Positions 8,452 through 18,079 of a stretch of 64,000 bases of DNA are shown here, piece by piece. Source of the DNA: Oscillospiraceae bacterium (GTDB lineage Bacteria > Bacillota > Clostridia > Oscillospirales > Oscillospiraceae); the NCBI GenBank assembly GCA_015068135.1, contig SVLB01000002.1, forward strand, positions 16,632 to 80,631, read 5' to 3'. Both the position numbers and the translations under genes were made by a program. How positions within the stretch are numbered: the stretch's first letter is position 1; every line of letters starts with the position of its first letter. The notes beneath the pieces are model-generated. The model saw only the letters and a list, made by a program, of their open reading frames with translations, did not search any database and was not told the DNA's origin.

Positions 8452-9821
8452 TATAAATCGTCAGCCAGGATTTTACGTTTTTTCCAAATACCGGACAGAA
8501 AATAAATCAGTCCGGGAATCGCAAAACCATAGGGAGCCAGACCGTAGCCCAAAACAAAGCCATAGAAGCCCAATCCGAGCTGGATACCAAACAGCCAGCT
8601 CAGGCCGATCCGCAGGGCAACGCCGTCCAAAATCGCCAGGACCATACTCAGCCTTGCGTTGCCGATCCCCTGAATGAACGCACCGGTGCCGCGCATGACT
8701 GCCACTGCCGGGAACATCCACAAAATAGCCTTAATAAAGGTCCCGGACATTTCGTGGACAGCAGCATCATCGGAAAAGAGCATAAACAGCTCCTTGCCTA
8801 TGAGGATATACGCGGCCATACATACCACGGTGAAGATACCGGAATACAGCCAGGAGAAATGCACCACCGACACCGCCCTTTTGGGCTTTCGGGCAGCAAT
8901 ATTCTGACTGATCATGGGCATAGCCGCATACTGGATGCCCTGGGATATCTTATTAATGATATCATCAATGCGGATACCCACACCAAAGGTCGCCGAGGCA
9001 ACCACGCCCACCTTATTGATCAGGGAATTGACGAAAAGCATGGACAAGTTGATACAGCCGGACTGGATCGCCATGGGAGTACCCAATGTGGCGATCATTT
9101 TTGTATACCTGCGATCGATAGCAAAGCTCTTTCTTCTGAAATCAAAGCCAAATTCCTGCCGTCTGCGGTAAAGATAGAACAAAGAAAAGATAAAGGATAC
9201 CGCCTGACCGATGATGGTAGCCCAGGCAGCACCGGCAACCTCCCAGCCCAAAAGCCCGGTAAACAGCAGGTCAAGCACCAGGTTTACAAAGGAAGCAATG
9301 CCAATGAACAAAAAGGGTCGTTTGGAGTCGCCCATGCCCCGTAACACCGCAGAGACCATATTATAGCCGGCTGTAAAGAACAGACCGCCGCCGCAGATCA
9401 ATAAGTAGTCCGTGGAGTAATCCCGGGAAGCCGCAGGAATATTCATAATATTCAGGATCCAGGGACTGGCTCCCATGATCACAGCAGAAAGCACCACCGC
9501 CAAAATGGAGATCAGACTGAACAGGGTACCGATGATCCGGTTCATTTCCTCCCGTTTGCCTGCTCCCAAGGCTTGGGAGATCAGCACCTGCCCGGCATTG
9601 GAAAAGCCCAGGCATACCATAGTGGCAAAATTTAGGATCTGGCTGCTTTGGGATACCGCGGATAAACCCGGTGTACCAACATAGTGACCCACAATGATCA
9701 TATCAATGGTGCTGTAGAGCACCTGCAAGGCGTTGGATGCCATAAAAGGCAGCGTAAACAACAGCAGCAGCTTTGGAATACTGCCCTGGGTGAAATCTTT
9801 TGTCAGACGCTTCGTAGCCAT
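8451..9821 (-). CDS. MATE family efflux transporter
   Basis: DFTQGSIPKLLLLFTLPFMASNALQVLYSTIDMIIVG; LRGMGDSKRPF. Confidence 0.93.
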   Translation of the reverse strand: MATKRLTKDFTQGSIPKLLLLFTLPFMASNALQVLYSTIDMIIVGHYVGTPGLSAVSQSSQILNFATMVCLGFSNAGQVLISQALGAGKREEMNRIIGTLFSLISILAVVLSAVIMGASPWILNIMNIPAASRDYSTDYLLICGGGLFFTAGYNMVSAVLRGMGDSKRPFLFIGIASFVNLVLDLLFTGLLGWEVAGAAWATIIGQAVSFIFSLFYLYRRRQEFGFDFRRKSFAIDRRYTKMIATLGTPMAIQSGCINLSMLFVNSLINKVGVVASATFGVGIRIDDIINKISQGIQYAAMPMISQNIAARKPKRAVSVVHFSWLYSGIFTVVCMAAYILIGKELFMLFSDDAAVHEMSGTFIKAILWMFPAVAVMRGTGAFIQGIGNARLSMVLAILDGVALRIGLSWLFGIQLGLGFYGFVLGYGLAPYGFAIPGLIYFLSGIWKKRKILADDL

Positions 9822-9823
9822 GT

Positions 9824-10234
9824 TCATTCCTCCGTTAAACGCCGTAAAAGCGCAGGGTCTGCACCGTGATAGAGCTTTCCGTTAAACCGGATGTTCGGCC
9901 CCTTACCGCACAGCCGCATACACCCCACAAGTTTTACTTTTACATTAGGCAGGCTTTGGGCAAATTCCAGTAGCGCCTTATGCCGCCCACAGTTTGGGCC
10001 TGCGCACAGCTCCAATACATTCCCCTGCTCCAAAGTAAGCCCGGGTGTCCGCTTGGCAACTGCTGTCAAAAACGATGCTTTTACCTCCAACGCTTGTGCC
10101 AGTTGCTCCAGGGTTGCCTTATTCAGCTCTCCGCAAGCCTCCTGGACTTCCCTGAGAAGACTGCGAAGTTCCTGCTGATCCCCGGGTGCGCCACGGCGGC
10201 GGTACCACTGGGCAGTCTGCATCAGATCCCACAT
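9824..10234 (-). CDS. NuoE/HydC-like thioredoxin-fold [2Fe-2S] protein
   Basis: N-terminal LLREVQEACG helical part, then CAGPNC...CMRLCGKGPN four-Cys ligand pattern. Confidence 0.75.
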   Translation of the reverse strand: MWDLMQTAQWYRRRGAPGDQQELRSLLREVQEACGELNKATLEQLAQALEVKASFLTAVAKRTPGLTLEQGNVLELCAGPNCGRHKALLEFAQSLPNVKVKLVGCMRLCGKGPNIRFNGKLYHGADPALLRRLTEE

Positions 10235-10335
10235 TTTCTTCGCTCCCTTCTTTTGTATTTTATTATAGTATCACATTCCAGTTCAAATCGCAATCGCTGA
10301 AGCAAACGAATATACATATTTTTAAGGGGATATCA

Positions 10336-10420
10336 TGTATATTTCCGCAAATATGCATAATATCTTGAATATTCTAGGTCTTGCGTGAATATTTTCTGTC
10401 TACGCGTGTATATTTATTCA
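10336..10420. promoter_or_regulatory. ArgR (ARG box) operator region
   Basis: TGTATATTTATTCA at 10407-10420 plus weaker TGTATA/TGCATA/TGAATA half-sites at 10336, 10354 and 10386, upstream of the arg operon. Confidence 0.6.
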
Positions 10421-10427
10421 ATTCATA

Positions 10428-10456
10428 TTGACAAATGTACGCGGTTGGTGTATAAT
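10428..10456 (+). promoter_or_regulatory. SigA promoter of the arg operon
   Basis: Perfect TTGACA-N17-TATAAT. Confidence 0.85.
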
Positions 10457-10487
10457 CTCACGCATATTGATGTTGAGGGGGATTCCC

Positions 10488-11411
10488 ATGACGAAAGTAT
10501 TTATTGACGGCAGTGCAGGCACAACGGGTCTTCGGATCGCAGACCGCTTGGCTGGCCGTAAGGATCTGGAAATCATTACACTGTCTGAGGCATTGCGCAA
10601 AGATCCGGCAGCCCGTAAGGATGCCATTTGGAATGCGGATATTGTTTTTCTCTGTCTTCCCGATGACGCGGCAATCGAGGCCGTGTCCCTTGCCCAGGGC
10701 TCTAAGGCCCGGATCATCGACACCTCAACAGCCCATCGGACGGATCCGGCCTGGGTCTATGGCTTCCCGGAGCTGACCGGTCAGATGCAGAAGATCGCAG
10801 GTGCCCAATATGTTGCCAATCCCGGCTGTCACGCCAGCGGCTTTGTGGCGCTGGTCGCCCCTTTGGTGGAGGCAGGTATTCTTTCTGCGGATGCGGCCCT
10901 CAGCTGTTTTTCCCTTACCGGCTATTCCGGCGGCGGTAAAAAAATGATCGCCCAGTATGAAGATCCGGACCGTGATCCCCTGCTGGATGCGCCCCGTCAC
11001 TACGCCCTGGGACAGAGCCACAAGCATCTGCCGGAAATGGCAAAGGTCTGCGGTCTTTCCCAAGCCCCCATTTTCTGCCCCATTGTGGCAGATTTCTACA
11101 GCGGTATGGAGGTCACGGTTCCGGTATTTGCCAAAGACCTGAACATAGCTTTTGCGGAGCTTCCCGATTTCTACCGAAATTACTATAAAACCGGCCTTGT
11201 GAGCTATGCGCCGAGCGTGGATGCCGACGGTCTTGCCAGTGCGGCAGCACTATCCGGCAAAGACACCATGCAGATCACTGTCCAAGGCAACGACCAGCGG
11301 ATCCTTTTGGTCTCCCGGTTTGATAATTTAGGCAAGGGCGCCTCCGGTGCCGCCATTGAGAATATGAATATTATGCTGGGTCTTGACCCGGCTGTGGGAT
11401 TGGAGGTTTGA
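10488..11411 (+). CDS. argC: N-acetyl-gamma-glutamyl-phosphate reductase (type 2)
   Basis: KVFIDGSAGTTGL, VANPGCHA, DNLGKGASGAA. Confidence 0.96.
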   Translation: MTKVFIDGSAGTTGLRIADRLAGRKDLEIITLSEALRKDPAARKDAIWNADIVFLCLPDDAAIEAVSLAQGSKARIIDTSTAHRTDPAWVYGFPELTGQMQKIAGAQYVANPGCHASGFVALVAPLVEAGILSADAALSCFSLTGYSGGGKKMIAQYEDPDRDPLLDAPRHYALGQSHKHLPEMAKVCGLSQAPIFCPIVADFYSGMEVTVPVFAKDLNIAFAELPDFYRNYYKTGLVSYAPSVDADGLASAAALSGKDTMQITVQGNDQRILLVSRFDNLGKGASGAAIENMNIMLGLDPAVGLEV

Positions 11412-11414
11412 TCT

Positions 11415-12629
11415 ATGAAGCTGATTGATGGCGGTGTATGTGCCGCAAAGGGATTTAAAGCCGGCGGTGTGCTGTGCGGCATTAAGAAAAACCGCACCAA
11501 GCCGGATCTGGCCCTGATCGTGAGTCAGGTTCCTGCCTCTGCTGCGGCGGTCTATACCACGAACCTGGTAAAGGGCGCTCCTCTGACCGTAACCAAGGCG
11601 CACCTGGAAAACGGCATTGCCCAGGCTGTGATCTGCAACAGCGGCAACGCCAATACCTGCAATGCCGACGGCATTCAGATCGCCCAGGCCATGTGTCAGA
11701 TGGTGCAGGATGCTGCCGGTATTCCTGCGCAGGATGTGGTGGTGGCATCAACCGGTGTGATCGGTCAGCCCCTGCCTTTGGAGCCCATCCAAAAGGGTAT
11801 GGCACCGCTGGTCGCCTCCCTCAGTGAAACGGGCAGTGACCTGGCATCTACAGCCATTATGACCACGGACACTGTCAAAAAGGAAGTTGCCGTAGAGTTT
11901 GCCCTGGGGGGCAAGACCTGCCGTATGGGCGGTATTGCCAAGGGAAGCGGTATGATCCACCCCAATATGGCAACCATGCTGGTTTTCATCACCACCGATG
12001 CATCCATCAGCCCCAAGATGCTGCAAAAGGCACTGTCTGCGGATGTGGCAGATACCTTTAATATGGTCAGTGTGGACGGAGATACCTCCACCAACGATAT
12101 GGTGACAGTCCTGGCTAACGGCTTGGCGGGCAATCCCACGATCACAGAGGAAAACCAGGATTTTGCCGTATTTATGCAGGCGCTGAACACCGTTACCATT
12201 CATCTTTGCCGGATGATCGCCGGAGACGGCGAGGGTGCGACCAAGCTTTTGGAGTGTACAACTTCCGGTGCTGATACCCTGGCTGCCGCCAAGACTGCCG
12301 CCAAGTCCGTGATCTGCTCCAGCCTTCTCAAGGCCGCCATGTTCGGCGCGGATGCCAACTGGGGCAGAGTTCTGTGTGCCATCGGCTACAGCGGCGCTCA
12401 GGTGGATGTGAGCAAGGTAGGCGTGAAATTCATCTCTCAGGCCGGGTCTGTAGAGGTCTGCAAAGACGGCTCCGGCGTTCCCTTCAGCGAGGAGATCGCC
12501 AAGGCGGTGCTTTCGGAAAAAGAGATCACCATTGCCGTCACCTTGGGCGACGGACCCTTTGGGGCAACCGCCTGGGGCTGTGATCTGACCTATGATTACG
12601 TAAAGATCAACGGCGATTACCGGACTTAA
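11415..12629 (+). CDS. argJ: Ornithine acetyltransferase / N-acetylglutamate synthase
   Basis: NSGNANTC, KGSGMIHPNMATML, DGDTSTND, WGCDLTYDYVKINGDYRT. Confidence 0.97.
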   Translation: MKLIDGGVCAAKGFKAGGVLCGIKKNRTKPDLALIVSQVPASAAAVYTTNLVKGAPLTVTKAHLENGIAQAVICNSGNANTCNADGIQIAQAMCQMVQDAAGIPAQDVVVASTGVIGQPLPLEPIQKGMAPLVASLSETGSDLASTAIMTTDTVKKEVAVEFALGGKTCRMGGIAKGSGMIHPNMATMLVFITTDASISPKMLQKALSADVADTFNMVSVDGDTSTNDMVTVLANGLAGNPTITEENQDFAVFMQALNTVTIHLCRMIAGDGEGATKLLECTTSGADTLAAAKTAAKSVICSSLLKAAMFGADANWGRVLCAIGYSGAQVDVSKVGVKFISQAGSVEVCKDGSGVPFSEEIAKAVLSEKEITIAVTLGDGPFGATAWGCDLTYDYVKINGDYRT

Positions 12630-12907
12630 GCCGAGGGGAGTTGAACCCCGATAGGTTTTCGGAGGCTGCTTTCCGCCAATACTGCGGAAAATCCCTCGAA
12701 AATACCAACGGGTATTCCCTTCGTGATTTTTCTTGTCTTGCCGAAAAGCGGCTCTCCGGAAACTGCGCAGCACCCCACAGCGAGGAGTTTTGCTTTGGAT
12801 TCTTGCGCAGACGACGAAGGCTTGCTGACGCAAGCCGAGGAGGATAAGGAAAAATGCAAACAAAAGGGCCGCTGTGGGGCTGTCGGGGTTCGACTCCCCT
12901 CGGCTTA
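12627..12907. mobile_element. Non-autonomous MITE-like structured element between argJ and argB
   Basis: 28-bp terminal IRs (12627-12654 and 12880-12907, 2 mismatches), TA at both outer ends, nested internal hairpins, no credible ORF. Confidence 0.75.
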
Positions 12908-12925
12908 TAATCAGGAGGTAAAAAA

Positions 12926-13789
12926 ATGGAAAGAGAATTTACCAACGCTCAGCGGGCAGAAGTTCTGACCGCCGCCCTGCCCTATATCCGTAACTACCGG
13001 GGCAAGCTTGTGGTGATCAAATACGGCGGCAACGCCATGGTCAATGAGGAACTGAAGCAGCAGGTCATGGAGGACATTGTGCTTCTGTGGCTCATCGGTG
13101 TGAAAGTGGTTTTGATCCACGGCGGCGGCCCGGAGATCAGCGCAACCATGAGCAAAATGGGTAAGCAGGCCCAGTTTATCGACGGCCTGCGGGTCACCGA
13201 TAAGGAGACTATTGATATCGTACAGATGGTACTGGCCGGCAAGGTCAACAAGGATCTTGTGAATCTTCTGCAGATGAAGGGCGGTCACGCCATCGGTCTT
13301 TCCGGTCTGGACGGCGGCATCCTGGAGGCTGTGACCCGGGACGAAAAGCTGGGCTTCGTGGGAGATATCACCAAGGTGCGTACCCAGCCCATTACGGACA
13401 TTCTGGAAAAGAATTATATCCCCGTGATCTCCACCATCGCCAGTGACCGTCAGGGCAATACCTACAATATCAACGGCGATACCGCCGCTGCCGCGATTGC
13501 CGGTGCCCTCAACGCGGAAAGACTCATCATGATGACGGATATTGCCGGTATTTTGATGGATAAGGACGATCCGTCCACCCTGATCCCCTCCATTTCCGTT
13601 TCCGAAGCCAAGGCTTTGTACGCAAACGGCGTGATCTCGGGAGGTATGATCCCCAAGGTGGACTGCTGTATCGATGCCCTGGAAAAGGGTGTAGAAAATG
13701 TATGTATCATGGACGGACGGATCCCCCACTCCATTTTGATGGAGCTGCTTACCAATGAGGGTGCCGGTACCATGGTCACGAAAGGATAA
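12926..13789 (+). CDS. argB: Acetylglutamate kinase
   Basis: VVIKYGGNAM, HGGGPEI, GLRVTD, NINGDTAA, GGMIPKV. Confidence 0.97.
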   Translation: MEREFTNAQRAEVLTAALPYIRNYRGKLVVIKYGGNAMVNEELKQQVMEDIVLLWLIGVKVVLIHGGGPEISATMSKMGKQAQFIDGLRVTDKETIDIVQMVLAGKVNKDLVNLLQMKGGHAIGLSGLDGGILEAVTRDEKLGFVGDITKVRTQPITDILEKNYIPVISTIASDRQGNTYNINGDTAAAAIAGALNAERLIMMTDIAGILMDKDDPSTLIPSISVSEAKALYANGVISGGMIPKVDCCIDALEKGVENVCIMDGRIPHSILMELLTNEGAGTMVTKG

Positions 13790-13792
13790 GTC

Positions 13793-14968
13793 ATGGATAT
13801 TTTTGCATTGGATCAGCAATATGTGGCCGGTACTTACGGTCGGTTCCCGGTGGCCATCGCCTCCGGAAAGGGCTCGCTCCTGACAGGAACAGACGGCAGG
13901 ACCTATATTGATATGGGTTCCGGCATTGGTGTGACCAGCTTCGGCATTGCCGATGCCACCTGGCTGAAGGCTGTGACCGATCAGCTTCAGAAAATACAGC
14001 ACACCTCCAATTTGTATTATACCACTCCCTGCGCCCAGCTGGCAGAAGCTCTGTGCGGCAAAACCGGTATGAAGAAGGTGTTTTTCAGTAACTCCGGCGC
14101 CGAGGCCAACGAATGCGCCATTAAATATGCTAGAAAATATTCTGCGCAGACCAAGGGTGAGGAATACTTCACCATCATCACCCTGGAAAACTCCTTCCAC
14201 GGCAGAACCCTGACCACCCTTTCCGCTACCGGACAGGAGCATTATCACGAGCTGTTCCGTCCCCTGACCCCCGGCTTTGCCCATGTAAAGGCCGGAGACC
14301 TTGACGGATTGGAAAAGCTGGTGGAGAGCACACCCACTGCCGGCATTATGCTGGAGATCGTTCAGGGTGAGGGCGGTGTCATTGCCCTGGAGGAAGCCTT
14401 CGTCAAGGGTGTGGCACAGCTTTGCAAGGAAAAAGATATCCCTTTGATCATTGACGAGGTGCAGACCGGAAACGGGCGCACCGGCAAGCTCTATGCCTAT
14501 ATGCACTATGGTATCACCCCGGATATCGTCTCCACCGCCAAGGGACTGGGCGGCGGTCTTCCCATCGGTGCCACCCTTTTGGGAGAGAAGGTGCAAAACG
14601 TCCTGGGTCCCGGTGATCATGGCTCTACATACGGCGGCAACCCCGTGTGCTGTGCCGGCGCTATATCCGTGATCCGTCGGATGGATGCGGAATTTATGGC
14701 CCAGGTCGCTGCCAAGGCAGACTTTATCCGAAAGACCCTGGAAGGGGCAGAAGGTATTTTGGCTGTGACCGGTCTGGGCATGATGGTAGGTATTCAGACC
14801 GTGCGCCCAGCCAAGGAAGTGGTGCAATCGTGCATGGAAAAAGGCGTATTGTGTCTGACCGCCAAGGATAAGGTGCGGCTTCTGCCTGCCCTGAATATTC
14901 CTATGGATGTTTTGTCCCAGGCATTGAATGTGATCAAGGAAGCTTGCAAGGAGGCAGATCTCTCATGA
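13793..14968 (+). CDS. argD: Acetylornithine aminotransferase
   Basis: [35 protein letters not shown] (PLP lysine); arg operon context. Confidence 0.94.
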   Translation: MDIFALDQQYVAGTYGRFPVAIASGKGSLLTGTDGRTYIDMGSGIGVTSFGIADATWLKAVTDQLQKIQHTSNLYYTTPCAQLAEALCGKTGMKKVFFSNSGAEANECAIKYARKYSAQTKGEEYFTIITLENSFHGRTLTTLSATGQEHYHELFRPLTPGFAHVKAGDLDGLEKLVESTPTAGIMLEIVQGEGGVIALEEAFVKGVAQLCKEKDIPLIIDEVQTGNGRTGKLYAYMHYGITPDIVSTAKGLGGGLPIGATLLGEKVQNVLGPGDHGSTYGGNPVCCAGAISVIRRMDAEFMAQVAAKADFIRKTLEGAEGILAVTGLGMMVGIQTVRPAKEVVQSCMEKGVLCLTAKDKVRLLPALNIPMDVLSQALNVIKEACKEADLS

Positions 14969-15963
14969 TAACCGAATTGAAGAACCAAAGCTTTTTGAAG
15001 CTTTTGGATTTTACGCCACGGCAGATCGCAGGGCTTTTGGAACTGGCCGGTGAACTGAAACGGCAGAAAAAAGCCCATATTCCCCACAAGATGTGCGAGG
15101 GAAAGAGCATTGCCCTTCTGTTTGAAAAGACCAGCACCCGTACCCGGTGCGCCTTTGAGGTCGCCGCTGCAGACTTGGGGATGCACACGGTCTACCTGGA
15201 CCCCTCCGGCAGCCAAATGGGTAAAAAAGAATCCATTGCGGATACCGCAAGAGTTTTGGGCCGGATGTTCGACGGCATCGAATACCGGGGCTTCGGTCAG
15301 GAGCTTGTGGAGGAGCTGAGCAAATATGCCGGTGTCCCCGTGTGGAACGGTCTGACCAACGAGTATCACCCCACACAGATCTTAGCGGATTTTCTTACTA
15401 TCCAGGAGCATTTTGGAGATCTGAAGGGCAAGAAGCTGGTGTATATGGGAGATGCCAGGTATAATATGGGCAATTCTTTGATGGTAGGCTGTGCCAAAAT
15501 GGGTATGCATTTTGTAGCTTGTGCGCCGGAAAGTTATTTCCCCAGTGCGGAACTGGTCGATACCTGCCAGTCTCTTGCCGCCGAGACCGGCGCCAAGCTG
15601 GAGTTTATCACCGATCCTATGACTGCAGTTAAGGGCGCCCATGTGATCTATACGGATGTATGGGTATCCATGGGTGAGCCGGACAGTGTGTGGGAAGCCC
15701 GGATCCGGGAGCTGAGCCCCTATCGGGTCACAAAAGCCCTGATGGATGCGGCAGGAGCCCAGTGCAAATTCATGCACTGTCTGCCCGCCTTCCACGATCT
15801 GAAAACCACCATCGGTCAGCAGATCTTCGAAAAATTCGGCATTGACTGCATGGAAGTTACCGATGAAGTCTTTGAGAGCGAAGCTTCCATTGTCTTTGAC
15901 GAAGCAGAAAACCGGATGCACACCATCAAAGCTGTGATGGCCGCCACCCTCTGCGACTTGTAA
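14965..15963 (+). CDS. argF: Ornithine carbamoyltransferase
   Basis: [34 protein letters not shown]. Confidence 0.97.
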   Translation: MITELKNQSFLKLLDFTPRQIAGLLELAGELKRQKKAHIPHKMCEGKSIALLFEKTSTRTRCAFEVAAADLGMHTVYLDPSGSQMGKKESIADTARVLGRMFDGIEYRGFGQELVEELSKYAGVPVWNGLTNEYHPTQILADFLTIQEHFGDLKGKKLVYMGDARYNMGNSLMVGCAKMGMHFVACAPESYFPSAELVDTCQSLAAETGAKLEFITDPMTAVKGAHVIYTDVWVSMGEPDSVWEARIRELSPYRVTKALMDAAGAQCKFMHCLPAFHDLKTTIGQQIFEKFGIDCMEVTDEVFESEASIVFDEAENRMHTIKAVMAATLCDL

Positions 15964-15993
15964 AAATTTTTTCAATATTTTTGAAAAAAAGGC

Positions 15994-16022
15994 TTGCATT
16001 TTTCATCCACTTGTGCTATTAT
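15994..16022 (+). promoter_or_regulatory. SigA promoter for tRNA-Arg
   Basis: TTGCAT-N17-TATTAT with TG extension. Confidence 0.65.
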
Positions 16023-16043
16023 ACTCAGGCGCTCAGCGCTTAT

Positions 16044-16120
16044 GCGCCGGTAGCTCAGTTGGATAGAGTGACTGGCTACGAACCAGTAGGTCGGGGGTTC
16101 GAGTCCCTTCCGGCGTACCA
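16044..16120 (+). tRNA. tRNA-Arg (anticodon ACG)
   Basis: GCGCCGG acceptor stem, D-arm TAGCTCAGTTGGATAGAG, anticodon arm ACTGG-CT-ACG-AA-CCAGT, T-loop GGTTCGAGTCC, encoded CCA. Confidence 0.98.
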
Positions 16121-16493
16121 AATAAACAAGAGGGATACCCATCCGGGTATCCCTCTTGTTTATTCCGTGCTCCGCACGGGAGGGACTCGAAAGGGCGGCA
16201 CCAGTCCGCAGACTGGTGTAAAAATTGAGAGCTGGCGAGCAATTTTTAGCCCGTGGGAGAGTCCCTCATATTCCAGATGCATCCGGTACGGATGTAGATG
16301 GAATATGAACTTTTAGGTTTCCGGAAACTGTTGGTAATACTGACTTTTTACTTGAATCCTATAAGAACAATCGTACCAAAAAATACGGATACCCATTCGG
16401 GTATCCGTATTTTTTATACCCGGAAGGGCTCGAACCCATTTACATGCAACTGTCCTGTGGACAGTTGCTGCCACCAGTGCAAACACTGGTGGC
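16114..16493 (+). repeat. Two tRNA-linked repeat units (CGTACCA + GGATACCC hairpin + anti-T-arm + CACCAGT hairpin)
   Basis: CGTACCAAA recurs at 16372; GGATACCCATnCGGGTATCC at about 16133 and 16387; AGGGACTCGAA at 16181 and CCGGAAGGGCTCGAACCC at about 16420; CACCAGT..ACTGGTG hairpins at 16199 and 16472. Confidence 0.75.
16121..16164 (+). terminator. Hairpin/terminator after tRNA-Arg
   Basis: AATAAACAAGAGGGATACCC-ATCC-GGGTATCCCTCTTGTTTATT perfect 20-bp stem. Confidence 0.75.
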
Positions 16494-16506
16494 TACCTTG
16501 TTACCA

Positions 16507-17157
16507 TCAAAGGACAACACTGCTGCTGTCCAGCTGTGCTTTCAGTTTCTCATAGAATCCAATATAGTAGTCCAGGCGCTGAATCCAAAGATTCTTTGCG
16601 GTGACTGTACCCAATTTCATTTCTTTATATTTGGTCAGACGGTCGATCGTAGCAGCCACCTTTTCCCGCTTATCAGCCAAATTCATTTCACTAAATTTGA
16701 GGTATTCTAAGGTTTCATAGATCCGGTAGGCATCAAAGCGGTCGATATTATCTGCATCGCCCACAGTTTCGCAGAAGGGTGTCCTTTCCCACTGGAAATC
16801 AGCTTCATCGTCTACATGGATGGCAATGCCGTAGCAGATCTCATTCACCGTATCGGCAGGCAAACCAAGGGTTTCCAGGAAGGGTCTGGCAATAGCTGCG
16901 CTACGTCGGCCATGGTTCATCCGATCCTCACGTGTCACCATTTCCTCACAGTAGGCAATGTCATGTAAAAGGCCTGCAATCACAGCATTGGTCACGTCAA
17001 AGCCCTCTGCTTCTGCAATAGCCTTTGCAATATTGGCTACACGGTAGGAATGCTCCAAACGGTAATCCCGATCTGTAGGATTGGCCTGCAGATAGCTGCT
17101 TGCAGCAAAAGTATCCTTTAAAAAGACTTCCGTTTTTGCAATCATTTCTGTGTTCAT
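16507..17157 (-). CDS. HD-domain phosphohydrolase
   Basis: RLEHSYRV, GLLHDIA, HGRRSA, DADNID. Confidence 0.88.
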   Translation of the reverse strand: MNTEMIAKTEVFLKDTFAASSYLQANPTDRDYRLEHSYRVANIAKAIAEAEGFDVTNAVIAGLLHDIAYCEEMVTREDRMNHGRRSAAIARPFLETLGLPADTVNEICYGIAIHVDDEADFQWERTPFCETVGDADNIDRFDAYRIYETLEYLKFSEMNLADKREKVAATIDRLTKYKEMKLGTVTAKNLWIQRLDYYIGFYEKLKAQLDSSSVVL

Positions 17158-17170
17158 AGTCACTTCTCCA

Positions 17171-18058
17171 TTATTTAGCCTGGTACCAAGTAGGTACCAC
17201 ATTCTTCATTCCATCATACCACTCCAGCACCTGTGCCGCTTGGTTTTTCATAGTTGTGATCTCCTTATCTCCAAAAGGAATTGCCCAGGGTAGCGAACTG
17301 AGGGTATTACTGGATATGTATAGCGCTAACAGTTTCCAAAACTCCATGGGAATATCGCTGTTAAAATAGCCATCCACCATGCCGGAAGCAAAGGCGGGAG
17401 CAGCCTGGGCACACCAAACAATGCGGTTGAATTCTTCCCAGGGATCACCAAAGTCATCCCGGTCAAAATCAATAATGGTGAGTTTGCCGTCTTTATCGAT
17501 CATCATATTGCCGATATGGTAGTCTCCATGCTGATAGGTTTGAGGACGGTTAGACAGCAGATGGCGGTTGTCTGCGATAAATCCCAGGAACAAATCTCCG
17601 TTTTCGTATTTGAGTGGGCATTCATCGTACATCTTGATCTTTCGGTCAATCTTCGCATTGAAGCGTTCCGACCAGGGGGTTACATCCGCTGGTGCAGGCA
17701 AAGTGTGAAGCTTCCTTAGGATTCTGCCTGCATCCAGGCCGTAGGCATACTGCTTTTCGACCGGTAGTGTAGGGATATATTCTTCCGCGTCTACCCCCTC
17801 CACCCAGCTGTGGATGGCATAAGTACCCTCCGGGCATTGGCCAAATTCTACGGGCAGGCACATGGAAACGCCCAAAGCAGCAGCCTCCTGCATCCGCAGG
17901 TATCCCAAATGAAAGCGGTGTGCACGCTCCGGGGATGTGATTCGAAGCAAATATTTTGTGCCGTCAGAAGTTTCCGCACAATACTTCTGATCTCCCGACC
18001 AGCCCTTATCAATGGGCTGCCTGTGAACGATCGAATTGAAAAGTTTGCACTTTGACAA
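17171..18058 (-). CDS. Aminoglycoside phosphotransferase/choline kinase family protein
   Basis: IDKGWSGDQKY, HGDYHIGN (Brenner motif), IIDFDR; GGAGG before TTG 18058. Confidence 0.88.
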   Translation of the reverse strand: MSKCKLFNSIVHRQPIDKGWSGDQKYCAETSDGTKYLLRITSPERAHRFHLGYLRMQEAAALGVSMCLPVEFGQCPEGTYAIHSWVEGVDAEEYIPTLPVEKQYAYGLDAGRILRKLHTLPAPADVTPWSERFNAKIDRKIKMYDECPLKYENGDLFLGFIADNRHLLSNRPQTYQHGDYHIGNMMIDKDGKLTIIDFDRDDFGDPWEEFNRIVWCAQAAPAFASGMVDGYFNSDIPMEFWKLLALYISSNTLSSLPWAIPFGDKEITTMKNQAAQVLEWYDGMKNVVPTWYQAK

Positions 18059-18079
18059 GACTTTGTCCTCCAAATGTGT

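Noticed and set aside
12876-12907. tRNA or tmRNA gene suggested by GGGGCTG..GGGGTTCGACTCCCC
   Set aside because: No D-arm, anticodon arm, CCA end or tag ORF; it is the right terminal IR of the inserted element.
16114-16493. Possible CRISPR array or prophage/ICE attachment site at tRNA-Arg
   Set aside because: Only two long, imperfect units with no regular repeat-spacer pattern and no cas genes; no integrase and no distal duplicate of the tRNA 3' end was found by eye.
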